From positions 106,227 to 170,226 of the forward strand of contig JAWLAB010000004.1 of NCBI GenBank assembly GCA_041395665.1: a stretch of DNA of 64,000 bases, given 5' to 3'. The position numbers and the translations under genes are program-made. The notes beneath the pieces are model-generated. The model was not told the DNA's origin, did not search any database, and saw nothing but the letters and a program-made list of their open reading frames with translations. This DNA is from Pseudomonadales bacterium. Lineage in GTDB: Bacteria; Pseudomonadota; Gammaproteobacteria; Pseudomonadales; UBA7239. Below, piece after piece: positions 1 to 9,991 of the stretch; the first letter of the stretch is position 1, and each line of letters starts with the position of its first letter.

Positions 1-819
1 TCTGTCGATACACAGCTACCCGATGTGCACTTTCCTGCGCATGCCAATCCCGCGCAGATAGCTGCGCGCGCATTGCGTTGTGCAGCGAGTGATTTGGCGG
101 CGATGGGCGCAACGCCTTTAGGTTTTACGCTGGCGCTCACACTGCCTGCGGTTGAAGAATCGTGGCTGTCTGCATTTTCTGCGGGTTTGTTAGAAGCAGC
201 GCAACAATTGCATTGCCCTTTGATCGGCGGCGATACCACGCGCGGCGCGCTGTGCATCAGCATACAAGTGCACGGCAGCGTGCCGGCTGAAAAAATGTTG
301 CGCCGCAGTGGTGCAAAAGTAGGTGATGAGGTGTGGGTGTCTGGCTCGTTGGGTGATGGCGCAGCGGCTTTGGCGTTATTGCAAAATCAGCACGCATTTT
401 CTGAACCGGCTGCGAGTTATTTGGAGCGGCGCTTTTATCATCCAAATATTGATTTTGATTTGGTTGTCACATTACGGCAGTACGCCAGTGCGTGCATTGA
501 TGTGTCAGATGGTTTGCTGGCCGACCTTTCGCATATTTGTGCGGCAAGTTTAGTGGGTGCAAAGGTTTTTTGTGATGCTCTGCCTATTTCTGCGTTGTGG
601 TGTGACAGTGTGACGCAGCAGCAGAGAGAGCAATGGGCGCTGTGCGGCGGTGATGATTACCGCTTATGTTTTACTGCGTCAACTCAACACAAGACGGCCC
701 TGAACAAGTTGCCTAATTTGTTTTGTGTTGGTGAAATTGTTGTAGGTAAAGGTGTTGTGATTTTGGATGAAAGTCAGCAAGCCATGACAATACCTGATCA
801 CAGTTATAAACATTTTTAG
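1..819 (+). CDS. thiL: thiamine-monophosphate kinase ThiL, 5' end cut by the window edge
   Basis: The frame is open from the window edge. AIR-synthase-fold motifs are present (GGDTTRG, CIDVSDGLLADL, GGDDYRLCF). It has the conserved thiL-pgpA adjacency. Confidence 0.85.
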   Translation, partial: SVDTQLPDVHFPAHANPAQIAARALRCAASDLAAMGATPLGFTLALTLPAVEESWLSAFSAGLLEAAQQLHCPLIGGDTTRGALCISIQVHGSVPAEKMLRRSGAKVGDEVWVSGSLGDGAAALALLQNQHAFSEPAASYLERRFYHPNIDFDLVVTLRQYASACIDVSDGLLADLSHICAASLVGAKVFCDALPISALWCDSVTQQQREQWALCGGDDYRLCFTASTQHKTALNKLPNLFCVGEIVVGKGVVILDESQQAMTIPDHSYKHF

Positions 820-825
820 TTTTAT

Positions 826-1317
826 ATGATGATTTTTGATCGCACCATCAACCCGAAAGTTTTTACGCGCTGGCAACACTGCTTGGCGTTTGGCTTGGGC
901 AGTGGTTTGGCGCGCAAAGCGCCTGGCACTTGGGGGACGCTAGCTGCTGTGCCCTTTTGTTGTGCGGCGTGGTGGTTTTTACCTGCATGGCTATTTGCCT
1001 TATTGCTGCTGGTGATGATGATTTTTGGTGTGAAATTGTGCGGTGATGTGGCGCATGATCTTGGCGTGCACGATCACGGCGGCATTGTGTGGGATGAATG
1101 GGTGGGCTACGGCATTGCACTGTTCGCTTTGCCATTGCAATGGTACTGGCCGGTGCTGGCTTTTGTAGTTTTTCGTTTATTGGATATTTTGAAACCTTGG
1201 CCAATTTCGTGGTGCGACAAAAACCTGCACGGTGGTTTGGGAATCATGATGGATGATGTGCTGGCGGGTGCTTTTTCCTGTTTGGTATTGCACGGTATCA
1301 GGGTGTTTTTCGCATGA
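826..1317 (+). CDS. pgpA: phosphatidylglycerophosphatase A
   Basis: 163 aa membrane protein with FGLGSGLARKAPGTWGTLAAVP, GIVWDEWVGY and LDILKPWPI, all typical of PgpA. It lies directly after thiL. Confidence 0.9.
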   Translation: MMIFDRTINPKVFTRWQHCLAFGLGSGLARKAPGTWGTLAAVPFCCAAWWFLPAWLFALLLLVMMIFGVKLCGDVAHDLGVHDHGGIVWDEWVGYGIALFALPLQWYWPVLAFVVFRLLDILKPWPISWCDKNLHGGLGIMMDDVLAGAFSCLVLHGIRVFFA

Positions 1318-2810
1318 AGGCAATGAAAAAATTGCCCGCTGTTTTATTCGTATTGGCTGGATTGATTGTCAGCGCCGTAGTTTTTGCGTCTGAAAAAAAT
1401 GCACCTGAAAAAAAACCGATGAATTTTATTGTCATCTTATTGGATGACTTGGGGTTGCATGACACTGGCTTCATGGGTAATGATTTTATTGAAACGCCGG
1501 CAATGGATCGGTTGGCAAAAGACGGCGTGATGTTTACGCAGGCTTATGCCAATGCGCCGAACTGTGCGCCAAGCCGTGCTGCAATCCTCTCTGGACAATA
1601 CGCGCCGCGCACGGGTGTTTACACCATGGCTACGGGTGACATGGGTAATGCTACGCAGCGTAAATTGCTAACGCCAAAAAATAATATGAATTTACCGCCA
1701 GAGGTTTATACGCTGGCGGAATTGCTGCGTGATCACGGTTATGCCACAGCGAGTATCGGCAAATGGAATCTCGGGCATGGTGCAGTCAGGGGGCCAGAAG
1801 GGCAGGGTTTTGATATAAATATTGCTGGCCATCGCGGTGGTGTTGAGCAGTCGTACTTTGCACCGTATTCACCTTTACTGCCCAATGTGCAAAACGCGCC
1901 GCAAGGTGAATATCTGACGGATCGCTTGAATGCAGAAGCATTGAAATTTATCGATCAAAATAAAACCAAGCCATTTTTTATTTATCTGTCGCACTACGCA
2001 CCGCATTTTCCTATCCATGCGCCACAGGATATAAAGCAAAAATATTTGAATAAACGAAAGCAGTATTGTGGAGAAAAGCCCACATTGAAATATTGTGAGA
2101 TGTCAGACTATTACCCTGAATATGCAGCAATGATTGATCGCGTTGATCATGGTGTGCAAGGTATTCGTGAAAAACTTAAGCGTGATGGGTTGGATAAAAA
2201 CACAAGCATTATTTTGATGTCAGATAACGGTGGCTATCCCTTTGTAAAAGATCCAGCGGCATGGCGTGGCTTAAAATCTGATTTGTATGAAGGCGGGCTG
2301 CGTGTGCCTATGGTGTGGTTCGTGCCAACTAATAGAGCGGGCTCTGTTATTGATACGCCAGCAATAGGTGTCGATCTATACCCGACAATCGCTGCATTGG
2401 CAGGCGTTGATACAAAAAACAATAGGCTAGATGGTAAAAACCTATTGCCGCTTTTAGTGCAATCATCAAATCAATTTCCGGCGCGGGATCTATTTTGGTA
2501 TTTGCCTGGTTATACCGTTGATGATGATATTGGTATGGAAGAAGATATATCTATGTTGCCGCGTACAGGACAAAAAAAATTCTCTCAGATTCCTGCTGTA
2601 GCCATGCGGCGCGGTGATTGGAAGTTGATTTGGTATTACGACGGTACGCCCGCTGAGTTGTATAACTTGCGTGAAGATCCATTGGAGGCGCGTAATCAAT
2701 TTGTGAATGAAAAGTCGCGTGGCCAAACGATGTTGCGAGCACTAAAACAGTGGTTGCAGGATACAGTGGCGCTGTTGTTCTGCCTAAAATCCTGCGTATC
2801 AGTCAATTGA
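1314..2810 (+). CDS. secreted sulfatase (arylsulfatase family, Cys-type formylglycine site)
   Basis: N-terminal signal peptide (MKAMKKLPAVLFVLAGLIVSAVVFA). Sulfatase signature LLDDLG...PNCAPSRAAILSGQY (C-x-P-x-R). The ATG overlaps the pgpA stop (ATGA). Confidence 0.85.
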   Translation: MKAMKKLPAVLFVLAGLIVSAVVFASEKNAPEKKPMNFIVILLDDLGLHDTGFMGNDFIETPAMDRLAKDGVMFTQAYANAPNCAPSRAAILSGQYAPRTGVYTMATGDMGNATQRKLLTPKNNMNLPPEVYTLAELLRDHGYATASIGKWNLGHGAVRGPEGQGFDINIAGHRGGVEQSYFAPYSPLLPNVQNAPQGEYLTDRLNAEALKFIDQNKTKPFFIYLSHYAPHFPIHAPQDIKQKYLNKRKQYCGEKPTLKYCEMSDYYPEYAAMIDRVDHGVQGIREKLKRDGLDKNTSIILMSDNGGYPFVKDPAAWRGLKSDLYEGGLRVPMVWFVPTNRAGSVIDTPAIGVDLYPTIAALAGVDTKNNRLDGKNLLPLLVQSSNQFPARDLFWYLPGYTVDDDIGMEEDISMLPRTGQKKFSQIPAVAMRRGDWKLIWYYDGTPAELYNLREDPLEARNQFVNEKSRGQTMLRALKQWLQDTVALLFCLKSCVSVN

Positions 2811-2837
2811 AGACCGGTATTAAGTAAAGGCCAGTGG

Positions 2838-3467
2838 TTATCGTAGAAACCAGCGTGATAAATCAGCGCGCGCGGCCCAATTTTCCTGTTCGAGCATCGG
2901 TTTGTCATAAAACTTTTCGACATGACCGATGCACAAAATAGCAACAGGGTGGCTGCCTTCTGGCATGTGTAAAAGTGACTTTAACTTTTTTGGCTCAAAT
3001 AGCGAAACCCAGCCTACGCCCAAGCCTTCTGCGCGTGCAGCCAGCCACAGGTTTTGAATGGCGCAGGAAACGGATGCGAGATCCATTTCTGGCAGTGTGC
3101 GCCTGCCAAAAATATGTTTTTCACGCCTATCCATGAGTGCGACAACCAATACTTCGCCACAATCAAGCACGCCTTCTACTTTGAGTTTCATGAACTCGTC
3201 TTCGCGTTCACCCAATGCAGTGGCAGTGGCGATGCGTTCCTCCTCCACCAGAGCGTGCAGCGATGTGCGCAAGTTACGATCTGTAATACGCACAAAACGC
3301 CAAGGTTGCATGAAGCCGACGCTGGGCGCGTGGTGCGCCGCTTGCAGTAAGCGTTGCAATACTTCGGGGCTGATGGGATCAGAGAGAAAGTGGCGCATAT
3401 CGCGTCGTTCTGCGATGGCGCGATAAACAGCCGCGCGTTCGGCATCGCTGTAGGCAAGAGGATTCAT
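2838..3467 (-). CDS. bluB: 5,6-dimethylbenzimidazole synthase (BluB-type nitroreductase fold)
   Basis: 209 aa. The blocks ERAAVYRAI..RRD.R.F, APSVGFMQPW.F and QNLWLAARAEGLGVGWVS closely match my memory of BluB rather than generic nitroreductases. Confidence 0.75.
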   Translation of the reverse strand: MNPLAYSDAERAAVYRAIAERRDMRHFLSDPISPEVLQRLLQAAHHAPSVGFMQPWRFVRITDRNLRTSLHALVEEERIATATALGEREDEFMKLKVEGVLDCGEVLVVALMDRREKHIFGRRTLPEMDLASVSCAIQNLWLAARAEGLGVGWVSLFEPKKLKSLLHMPEGSHPVAILCIGHVEKFYDKPMLEQENWAARADLSRWFLR

Positions 3468-3553
3468 CGGTCTATGTGGTTGTGAAATTTTGTGGTTGCC
3501 ATTATAACGGTGCAGTGTACGCTGTCAGAGCGGCGTGAGGATTGGAGGGAAGC

Positions 3554-4369
3554 ATGGCTGACGAATTGTTTAATGTAGTCTTTCGTGGCGATATTTTGTC
3601 TGGGCACAATCTGGGTGATGTGAAAGCACGCTTTGCTCAATTGTTCAAAATGGATGCTGCGAAAGCGGAAGGTTTTTTCAGCGGTAAACCATTGGTGTTA
3701 AAAGCAAATTGCGATCAAGCAACAGCCGCAAAATTTAAGGCCGTGCTAGAGCAAGCTGGAGCGCAAGTGGAAATTCGCTCTGCTTCTACTGCACAAGCGC
3801 CAGCGCCAGTAGCTGCTTCTGCACCGCCAGCCAAGCCTGCCGCTGCTCCGATTCCTGCTGCTGCACCTGCGGCAGCACAGACGCCCACAGCAACAGCGCC
3901 AGCAACAACAGCGTCTAGCTCAGCACAAAATCCTTGGTCTCTATCGGCGGCTGGCTCTAACTTGCTGAAACCGGAAGAGAACAAAACGGTAGCACCAGCG
4001 GAAATCGATACCAGCCATCTGAAAGTGATCAGGCCGAAGTTGTTTTCGGATGATCCGGTGGAGCCTTTAGAGCCGCCGCGTCCTGAAGTCAAAATCCATG
4101 TGGATTTGTCTGCCTACCAATTAGCAGACACGGGAGAAACGCTGGGAGAACAAGTTGATTTTGTGCCTTTAGAACTGGATCTCAGTGAATTGGTACTGGA
4201 CGCTGTCGGTGCCGATGTCCTGCGTGAGGAAGAAAAAACCGTGTTTGTACCGGCCAATATTGATACTTCTAGCATGGATATTGCACCCACAGGCAGCGAC
4301 ATGGGGCAAATCAAACAGCCAGATGCACCACCTGCGCCATCAACGGATCATATCTCTCTGCAAAAATAA
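3554..4369 (+). CDS. hypothetical protein: small N-terminal globular domain, Pro/Ala-rich linker, acidic repeat-bearing C-terminus
   Basis: GGAGGG lies 4-10 nt upstream of the ATG at 3554. There is a long low-complexity APAPVAASAPPAKPAAAP... segment. An internal repeat is present: KTVAPAEIDTSHLKV versus KTVFVPANIDTSSMDI. Confidence 0.55.
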   Translation: MADELFNVVFRGDILSGHNLGDVKARFAQLFKMDAAKAEGFFSGKPLVLKANCDQATAAKFKAVLEQAGAQVEIRSASTAQAPAPVAASAPPAKPAAAPIPAAAPAAAQTPTATAPATTASSSAQNPWSLSAAGSNLLKPEENKTVAPAEIDTSHLKVIRPKLFSDDPVEPLEPPRPEVKIHVDLSAYQLADTGETLGEQVDFVPLELDLSELVLDAVGADVLREEEKTVFVPANIDTSSMDIAPTGSDMGQIKQPDAPPAPSTDHISLQK

Positions 4370-4453
4370 GCCGATTACTGCAGTCGCGAGGCGGCAGCCT
4401 GTAGAATAGCGCCGCAATTTCTCTCCTGATTCTGCTGTCGTTGGAGTTGTCTC

Positions 4454-5815
4454 GTGCCTGTAAATCTACAACAGGAAAAGCGTGCGGTGAGTACGCTGGC
4501 GTCGTTGTATACCTTGCGTATGCTCGGTTTATTTTTGGTGCTGCCGGTGATGTCGTTGTACGGCGTCAATTACACCGAGAGTACACCGATGTTGATCGGC
4601 ATCGCTTTGGGTGCTTATGGCGCGACGCAAGCGGTACTGCAAATTCCACTGAGTGTGTTATCCGATCGTATTGGTCGTCGTTCTATCGTGATTGGCGGTT
4701 TGGCGGCATTTGTTTTGGGCAGTGTCGTAGCGGCGATGTCGACATCCATTTATGGGTTGATTCTCGGTCGCGCATTGCAGGGCGCTGGCGCTATTTCTGG
4801 CACGCTGATGGCGATGGTGTCTGATCTCACTTCTGAACAAAATCGAACCAAAGCAATGGCAACCATCGGCGCATCAATCGGTGTCTCTTTTGCGGTGGCA
4901 ATGCTGCTCGGCCCCGTATTGGCGCATTGGGGTGGTTTGTCCGGTATTTTTTGGGTAACGGCAACATTGGGTGCAGCAGGTTTTGCATTGGTGTTTTTTG
5001 TGTTACCAGAGCCGCCTGCCGAAACGGTACACGCACTGCATCGCGATACTTTGCCAGTACCTTCTTTGTTGTGGCGCGTGCTCAGCGATTCACAATTATT
5101 GCGTTTGAATGGTGGTATTTTTTGTTTGCACATGGCGCTAATGGCATCGTTCGTAGTTGTGCCACGCCTGTTGGAAAAACAGTTAGGTTTGGATCGCAGT
5201 CATCACTGGGAAGTGTATTTGCCCGTGCTGGGCGGCTCCTTCATTGCCATGATTCCGTTGATGGTCATCGCAGAAAAAAAGCGCAGGGTGAAAGAAATTT
5301 TTGTTTTAGCTGTCGCGGTATTGGTTTTCGCGTTGTTATTTTTAGGTGCTGCGTATCAGTTCAATACAGGGTTATTGATTGGTTTATTTTTATTTTTCTT
5401 CGCGTTTAATTTGTTGGAAGCACAGTTACCTTCTTTAGTAAGCAAGTTGGCTCCGGCGGGCAGCCGAGGTTCAGCGATGGGGATTTATTCCACCAGTCAA
5501 TTTATCGGCACTTTTGTTGGTGGCACGCTAGGCGGCTTGATGCTGCATTTAGGTGAACCGCGTTGGCTGTTTTGGTTATTGGCACTACCGGTGATGGGCT
5601 GGTGTTGGTTGGCTATCACCATGCAGCCGCCGCAGTATCTATTGAATATGATGCTGCGTTTTACCGGTGATGCCGATGCGGTGCGCGAGCAACTACAAAA
5701 TATGACGGGTGTCGCGCAAGTGTTAGTTGTTCCTGAAGAAAACATGGCCTATCTCAAAGTGGATGACGCCATGTTGGATCGCGCTGCGCTTGATCGTCTG
5801 CGCGCGCCAGAATAA
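4454..5815 (+). CDS. MFS transporter, YajR-like (extra C-terminal soluble domain)
   Basis: 453 aa with about 12 predicted TM helices. MFS loop motif LSDRIGRR. The roughly 70 aa C-terminal soluble tail resembles the YajR YAM domain. GTG start. Confidence 0.7.
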   Translation: MPVNLQQEKRAVSTLASLYTLRMLGLFLVLPVMSLYGVNYTESTPMLIGIALGAYGATQAVLQIPLSVLSDRIGRRSIVIGGLAAFVLGSVVAAMSTSIYGLILGRALQGAGAISGTLMAMVSDLTSEQNRTKAMATIGASIGVSFAVAMLLGPVLAHWGGLSGIFWVTATLGAAGFALVFFVLPEPPAETVHALHRDTLPVPSLLWRVLSDSQLLRLNGGIFCLHMALMASFVVVPRLLEKQLGLDRSHHWEVYLPVLGGSFIAMIPLMVIAEKKRRVKEIFVLAVAVLVFALLFLGAAYQFNTGLLIGLFLFFFAFNLLEAQLPSLVSKLAPAGSRGSAMGIYSTSQFIGTFVGGTLGGLMLHLGEPRWLFWLLALPVMGWCWLAITMQPPQYLLNMMLRFTGDADAVREQLQNMTGVAQVLVVPEENMAYLKVDDAMLDRAALDRLRAPE

Positions 5816-5920
5816 TTAGCGCAGCTTGTGATACTGATTGAATATCCAGTATAGTGCGCAAGCGCCATTCGCCAGCGTTGGGCGGTGGTATTCACTCACA
5901 GATAGGATTGGAGCGTTTTT

Positions 5921-6400
5921 ATGGCTAGAGGCATCAACAAGGTAATTTTGATAGGAAATCTGGGTAAAGATCCTGAGACCCGCGTTTCGCAGGGCGGCGG
6001 AGCCATTACCAATATCACGCTTGCCACCAGCGAGACATGGAAAGATAAACAAACCGGCGAAAACCAAGAGCGCACCGAATGGCACCGCGTGGTGTTTTTT
6101 GGTCGTTTGGGTGAGATTGCTGGCGATTACTTGAAGAAAGGCAGCAAGGTTTATATCGAAGGCTCATTGCGCACACGCAAGTGGCAAGATCAGAGCGGTC
6201 AAGACCGATACACCACAGAAATCGTGGCCAATGAAATGCAAATGTTGGATAGTCGCGGCAACGAAGGTGGTGGCTTTTCTACTGAATCGCGCCCACAAAA
6301 TATGGCTGCAAGTCGCGGCGGCAATGCCGGTGGTCGTCAACAAGAGTCGGCACCAGCTCCAAATTTTGACCAGCATTTTGACGACGATATTCCGTTCTAA
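5921..6400 (+). CDS. ssb: single-stranded DNA-binding protein
   Basis: The N-terminus [19 protein letters not shown]...TEWHRVV.FG is an OB fold. There is a Gly-rich tail and the canonical acidic C-terminus DDDIPF. Confidence 0.95.
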   Translation: MARGINKVILIGNLGKDPETRVSQGGGAITNITLATSETWKDKQTGENQERTEWHRVVFFGRLGEIAGDYLKKGSKVYIEGSLRTRKWQDQSGQDRYTTEIVANEMQMLDSRGNEGGGFSTESRPQNMAASRGGNAGGRQQESAPAPNFDQHFDDDIPF

Positions 6401-6420
6401 TTACTGCTCGTACAAAAAGA

Positions 6421-6447
6421 AAAGCCCACAAATTCGTGGGCTTTTTT
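6421..6447. terminator. bidirectional rho-independent terminator between ssb and tal
   Basis: Stem GCCCAC, loop aaattc, stem GTGGGC, flanked by an A-run on one side and a T-run on the other. Confidence 0.7.
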
Positions 6448-6465
6448 GTGTGCGTCGCCGGCGTT

Positions 6466-7434
6466 TTAGTTGATGTGCTGCGCCAACTGTTTTTCTAGAG
6501 CTATCTGATCCACAGTAAATAACCGAATACCTTCGGCTAACTTATCTGTTGCCATGGCATCTTCATTCATCAGCCAGCGGAAAGTTTTTTCGTCGATAGC
6601 GGTATGTTGTGTTGTTGATTTTGTATCAGCAGAGAGCTGTTTGGCTAAGTTGCCTTGCATGTTTTGTAATTCATCCAGCAGTGTTGGGCTGATGGTTAAA
6701 TTATCGCAACCAGCGAGCGCAATAATTTCACCGACATTGCGGAAGCTGGCAGCCATCACCACGGTTTTGATTTGGTGTGACTTGTAGTGGTTGTAGATTT
6801 TTGTAACCAAAGCAACGCCCGGTTCTTCAGCGGGGATAAACTGTTTGGTGTCGGTATTTTTGACGTACCAATCTAAAACGCGCCCAACAAAAGGCGAAAT
6901 CAAAAACACACCAGCGTCAGCACAAGCGCAAGCCTGTGCAAAAGAAAACAGCAGTGTGAGATTGCACTGAATATTGTCTTTTTCTAAAACACGAGCGGCT
7001 TGTATGCCTTCCCAAGTAGAGGCGATTTTAATCAAAATACGGTTGCGAGAAACGCCGTGTTCCTCGTATAACTTGATCAGTAATCGAGCGCGTTCAATCA
7101 TTGCGGCTGTGTCAAATGACAGTCGAGCATCGACTTCGGTTGATACGCGGCCTGGAACGCGTTTAGTAATTTCACAACCTACTTTGACCGCCAGAACAAT
7201 AGCTGCCAGTTGTGCCGTATTCGTTGTTGCGGTGGTTTGTTGCTGTTTGGCCCATGCGACACTTTCATCCACTAAGGGCGCATAAACAGGTAAAGCGCTG
7301 GCTTTGAGTAACAAAGAGGGATTAGTCGTTGCGCTAATAGGGCGAAATTTTGTAATGGCTTCAATATCGCCGGTGTCAGAAACAACTTCTGATAATGTGC
7401 GTAGTTGATCAAGTAATGAAGACATAGAAGCCAT
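6466..7434 (-). CDS. tal: transaldolase (type B)
   Basis: Motifs DTGDIEAI..F.P..ATTNPSLLLKA and ILIKIASTWEGI (Schiff-base Lys region). About 320 aa. Confidence 0.9.
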   Translation of the reverse strand: MASMSSLLDQLRTLSEVVSDTGDIEAITKFRPISATTNPSLLLKASALPVYAPLVDESVAWAKQQQTTATTNTAQLAAIVLAVKVGCEITKRVPGRVSTEVDARLSFDTAAMIERARLLIKLYEEHGVSRNRILIKIASTWEGIQAARVLEKDNIQCNLTLLFSFAQACACADAGVFLISPFVGRVLDWYVKNTDTKQFIPAEEPGVALVTKIYNHYKSHQIKTVVMAASFRNVGEIIALAGCDNLTISPTLLDELQNMQGNLAKQLSADTKSTTQHTAIDEKTFRWLMNEDAMATDKLAEGIRLFTVDQIALEKQLAQHIN

Positions 7435-7476
7435 CCTGAGTGAAAACGAAGTGCCGTTTATGCTATCACCCTTATT

Positions 7477-8283
7477 TCACACAACAACCAGTTTTGCGCC
7501 AACTAATACCATGATTGACGCTAATACAGGACGCAAAATTTTCTCTGGCACGGCAGCGGTTAAATGGCTGCCAATATAGATGCCGGGCAGAGAACCTATT
7601 AATAAATTGATTAACAAATCCCAGTTCACATTGCCTAAGCCTGCATGCCCAAGACCAGCAATTAAAGTGAGCGGAACAGCGTGTGCAATTTCAGTGCCCA
7701 CTAAACGCGCTACCGGCAAAATGGGGTAAACCAAAAACAGTGCAACGGTTCCCAATGCACCAGCACCAATGGAGGTAATGGTAACGGCTACGCCGAGAAT
7801 AATGCCCGTGACAACAGTGGCTTTTTCGCGCTCTGCATTACCCATGCGTGTAAAAATGGCGTTGTGATTGCGACTCCACTGCAGTAATTTTTGTTTGAAA
7901 ACGATGGTCAGCGCGGTGAATACCAGAACAACTCCTAGCGAAATTTTAATTGTGCTGTTGACATGCTCACTTTCAAAGCCGAGTTGATGCATAGCCAGCA
8001 GTGTAATAACAGCAGCAGGCAAACTGCCGGCAGCCAGGAGCATGGTGATTCGCCAATTGATGTTGCCCTTGCGTTGATGCACAAAAACGCCACCAGACTT
8101 CGTGATAGCGGCATAGAGCAAGTCCGTGCCCACGGCGGTTGTTGGGGGAATGCCGAAGAACAGTAGGATAGGAGTCATTAAGCTGCCGCCACCGACGCCT
8201 GTCATCCCGACAATAAAGCCAACGGCTAAACCAGAGAGCGCGTAGATGAGTTCAATGTGGAGGCCAAAGAGTTCAAGTTGCAT
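7477..8283 (-). CDS. TauE/SafE family sulfite/anion exporter-like membrane protein
   Basis: 268 aa polytopic protein with duplicated GxGGG-type helices (VGMTGVGGGSLMTP), typical of the TauE/SafE family (DUF81). Confidence 0.75.
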   Translation of the reverse strand: MQLELFGLHIELIYALSGLAVGFIVGMTGVGGGSLMTPILLFFGIPPTTAVGTDLLYAAITKSGGVFVHQRKGNINWRITMLLAAGSLPAAVITLLAMHQLGFESEHVNSTIKISLGVVLVFTALTIVFKQKLLQWSRNHNAIFTRMGNAEREKATVVTGIILGVAVTITSIGAGALGTVALFLVYPILPVARLVGTEIAHAVPLTLIAGLGHAGLGNVNWDLLINLLIGSLPGIYIGSHLTAAVPEKILRPVLASIMVLVGAKLVVV

Positions 8284-8382
8284 GACCGATCCTTTAGATA
8301 AGTACTGAGAAATGAGTCGCCATCATAGAGGCGGAGTGCTTATAACTAAAGGATTGATTTTGATTAAGCTTATTTCTTTTGG

Positions 8383-9981
8383 TTATTTTGAGGGCTGTGA
8401 CTGCCGTTGTGTGGCGTTGATATCTTCTGAACGAACAAAGTAGGCAAAGCGTGCAGCTTCATGCACGGTGATTAGGCTGTTGGTCGGCATATCAGCAAAG
8501 TCGCCTTCAAAGCTGGCTATTTGTACAAAGCTGTTACTGCGTAGCTTTTCTAAATAATCACGAGAGTTGTAGTCATTCAAATCTTCGGCAACATAAATGC
8601 GCGGATTGCCAGTGAGTTTCTCTGGCAGTATTTGTGCGAATAAATTTTTTCTGTCGATATTTTTTATCCAAAAATCCTTGTCGTATTTTTTACTCCACTG
8701 CTGTTTGAGCTGCTGTTGGAATGCTAAGCGGTCTTTGTTGTGATGATTGCGTAAATGATCCGTTTGTAAATGGTATTGGATTTCGATAGGTTTCCAACAA
8801 GCCATAAGGATTACAAGAGTGGATATTGCTGTAGGTAGGTGAACTTTTTTTGTGAGAAAGACAGCGCCGAAACTAATTAAAATAACGATAGGTGCAGACA
8901 AGGCGCAGAAGCTTCGATCAAAAAAAGCTGGAACACTAGAAAAATACAAAATAAAAAACACGAAAGGAATAATGATCAACAATAGTACTTCGATATATTT
9001 CTGTGTCATCAATGCGCCAATACCTGTCATGCCAAGCGCTAACAGTGGCCATCCCAATGTGGCATTGAAGTAAGCGGCGATATTGGTGAGTTGTGCAATG
9101 TAGGAGTAATGCTCCAGTATGTCGGGTGGTTTTGGATGCAAGTAATACAGTTGTACGCTGCGCACGCTGAGCCAAAAGTCGCGTACGCTCATATCACCAA
9201 TAAAAAACATCAGTTGCAGTACGGCAAAAACCAAAACGAGCAGCGCCAAACCTTGCAGCACAATCGTGGTGAATGTTTTGATATTGCGATTTTCTGCACG
9301 AAGTAAAGGCAGGCAGCAGGCAATGGCGGGAAAAATACCGAGCATCAGTTGGCTGGCTTTGCCTGCCGTGGCAGTGCCCAATACAAGCCCGTTCGCGAGC
9401 AGCCAAACACTGTTTTTCCAGCAATTTTTTTTAAGTGCGAGCCAAAAAAGAATGGATCCCATGGCTGTGAGTAGTGCATCAGGTCGGGCGTAGTGGCTGC
9501 CCTGCACAGTGAGTGGAAAAACTGTGTAGAGAATGGCGCTGCACAATGCTGTGATATTACCGCCAATTAAGTGCGCCGCTAAAATGACAAAAAGAAAGCT
9601 GATTGCATCCCAAAAAACAGCAATGTGATGCAGTAAAACAATGGTGGGTGTTGTAATGCCAAGTAGTCGCAATGGCTTGATGATGGCAGCAGAGAGCAAC
9701 ATATGCCCGCTGAAATTGTAATGATGCTCGTGTAGCGGCTCATCACGCACAATTTCAAGTTTCATACCTTTTTGTTGCGCAGCCTGTGTGCCTACGCGAT
9801 ACCAATCCGGCTGCCAGTTATTGTTGTTAACGGCATCGTCCACGGCCCAAACAACAATTTGATCATCAATTTGAAAATAAGTGCGTGAGCTGGTGTCGAT
9901 GCGCAGTGCAAAAAAAACAAAAAGTACGACTGCCCACACTGTGACTAAAAAAAAAGGCTGTAGACGCGGTGGTGTTGCCAT
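8383..9981 (-). CDS. large polytopic membrane protein, possibly a GT-C-fold (ArnT/PMT-like) glycosyltransferase
   Basis: 532 aa with more than 10 TM segments. There is an early loop with RDEPLHEHHY (DE-type motif) and a soluble C-terminal domain. AT-rich: one hand-counted 120-nt sample (8881-9000) was 33% GC. Confidence 0.4.
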   Translation of the reverse strand: MATPPRLQPFFLVTVWAVVLFVFFALRIDTSSRTYFQIDDQIVVWAVDDAVNNNNWQPDWYRVGTQAAQQKGMKLEIVRDEPLHEHHYNFSGHMLLSAAIIKPLRLLGITTPTIVLLHHIAVFWDAISFLFVILAAHLIGGNITALCSAILYTVFPLTVQGSHYARPDALLTAMGSILFWLALKKNCWKNSVWLLANGLVLGTATAGKASQLMLGIFPAIACCLPLLRAENRNIKTFTTIVLQGLALLVLVFAVLQLMFFIGDMSVRDFWLSVRSVQLYYLHPKPPDILEHYSYIAQLTNIAAYFNATLGWPLLALGMTGIGALMTQKYIEVLLLIIIPFVFFILYFSSVPAFFDRSFCALSAPIVILISFGAVFLTKKVHLPTAISTLVILMACWKPIEIQYHLQTDHLRNHHNKDRLAFQQQLKQQWSKKYDKDFWIKNIDRKNLFAQILPEKLTGNPRIYVAEDLNDYNSRDYLEKLRSNSFVQIASFEGDFADMPTNSLITVHEAARFAYFVRSEDINATQRQSQPSK

Positions 9982-9991
9982 GCCGTGCAGT

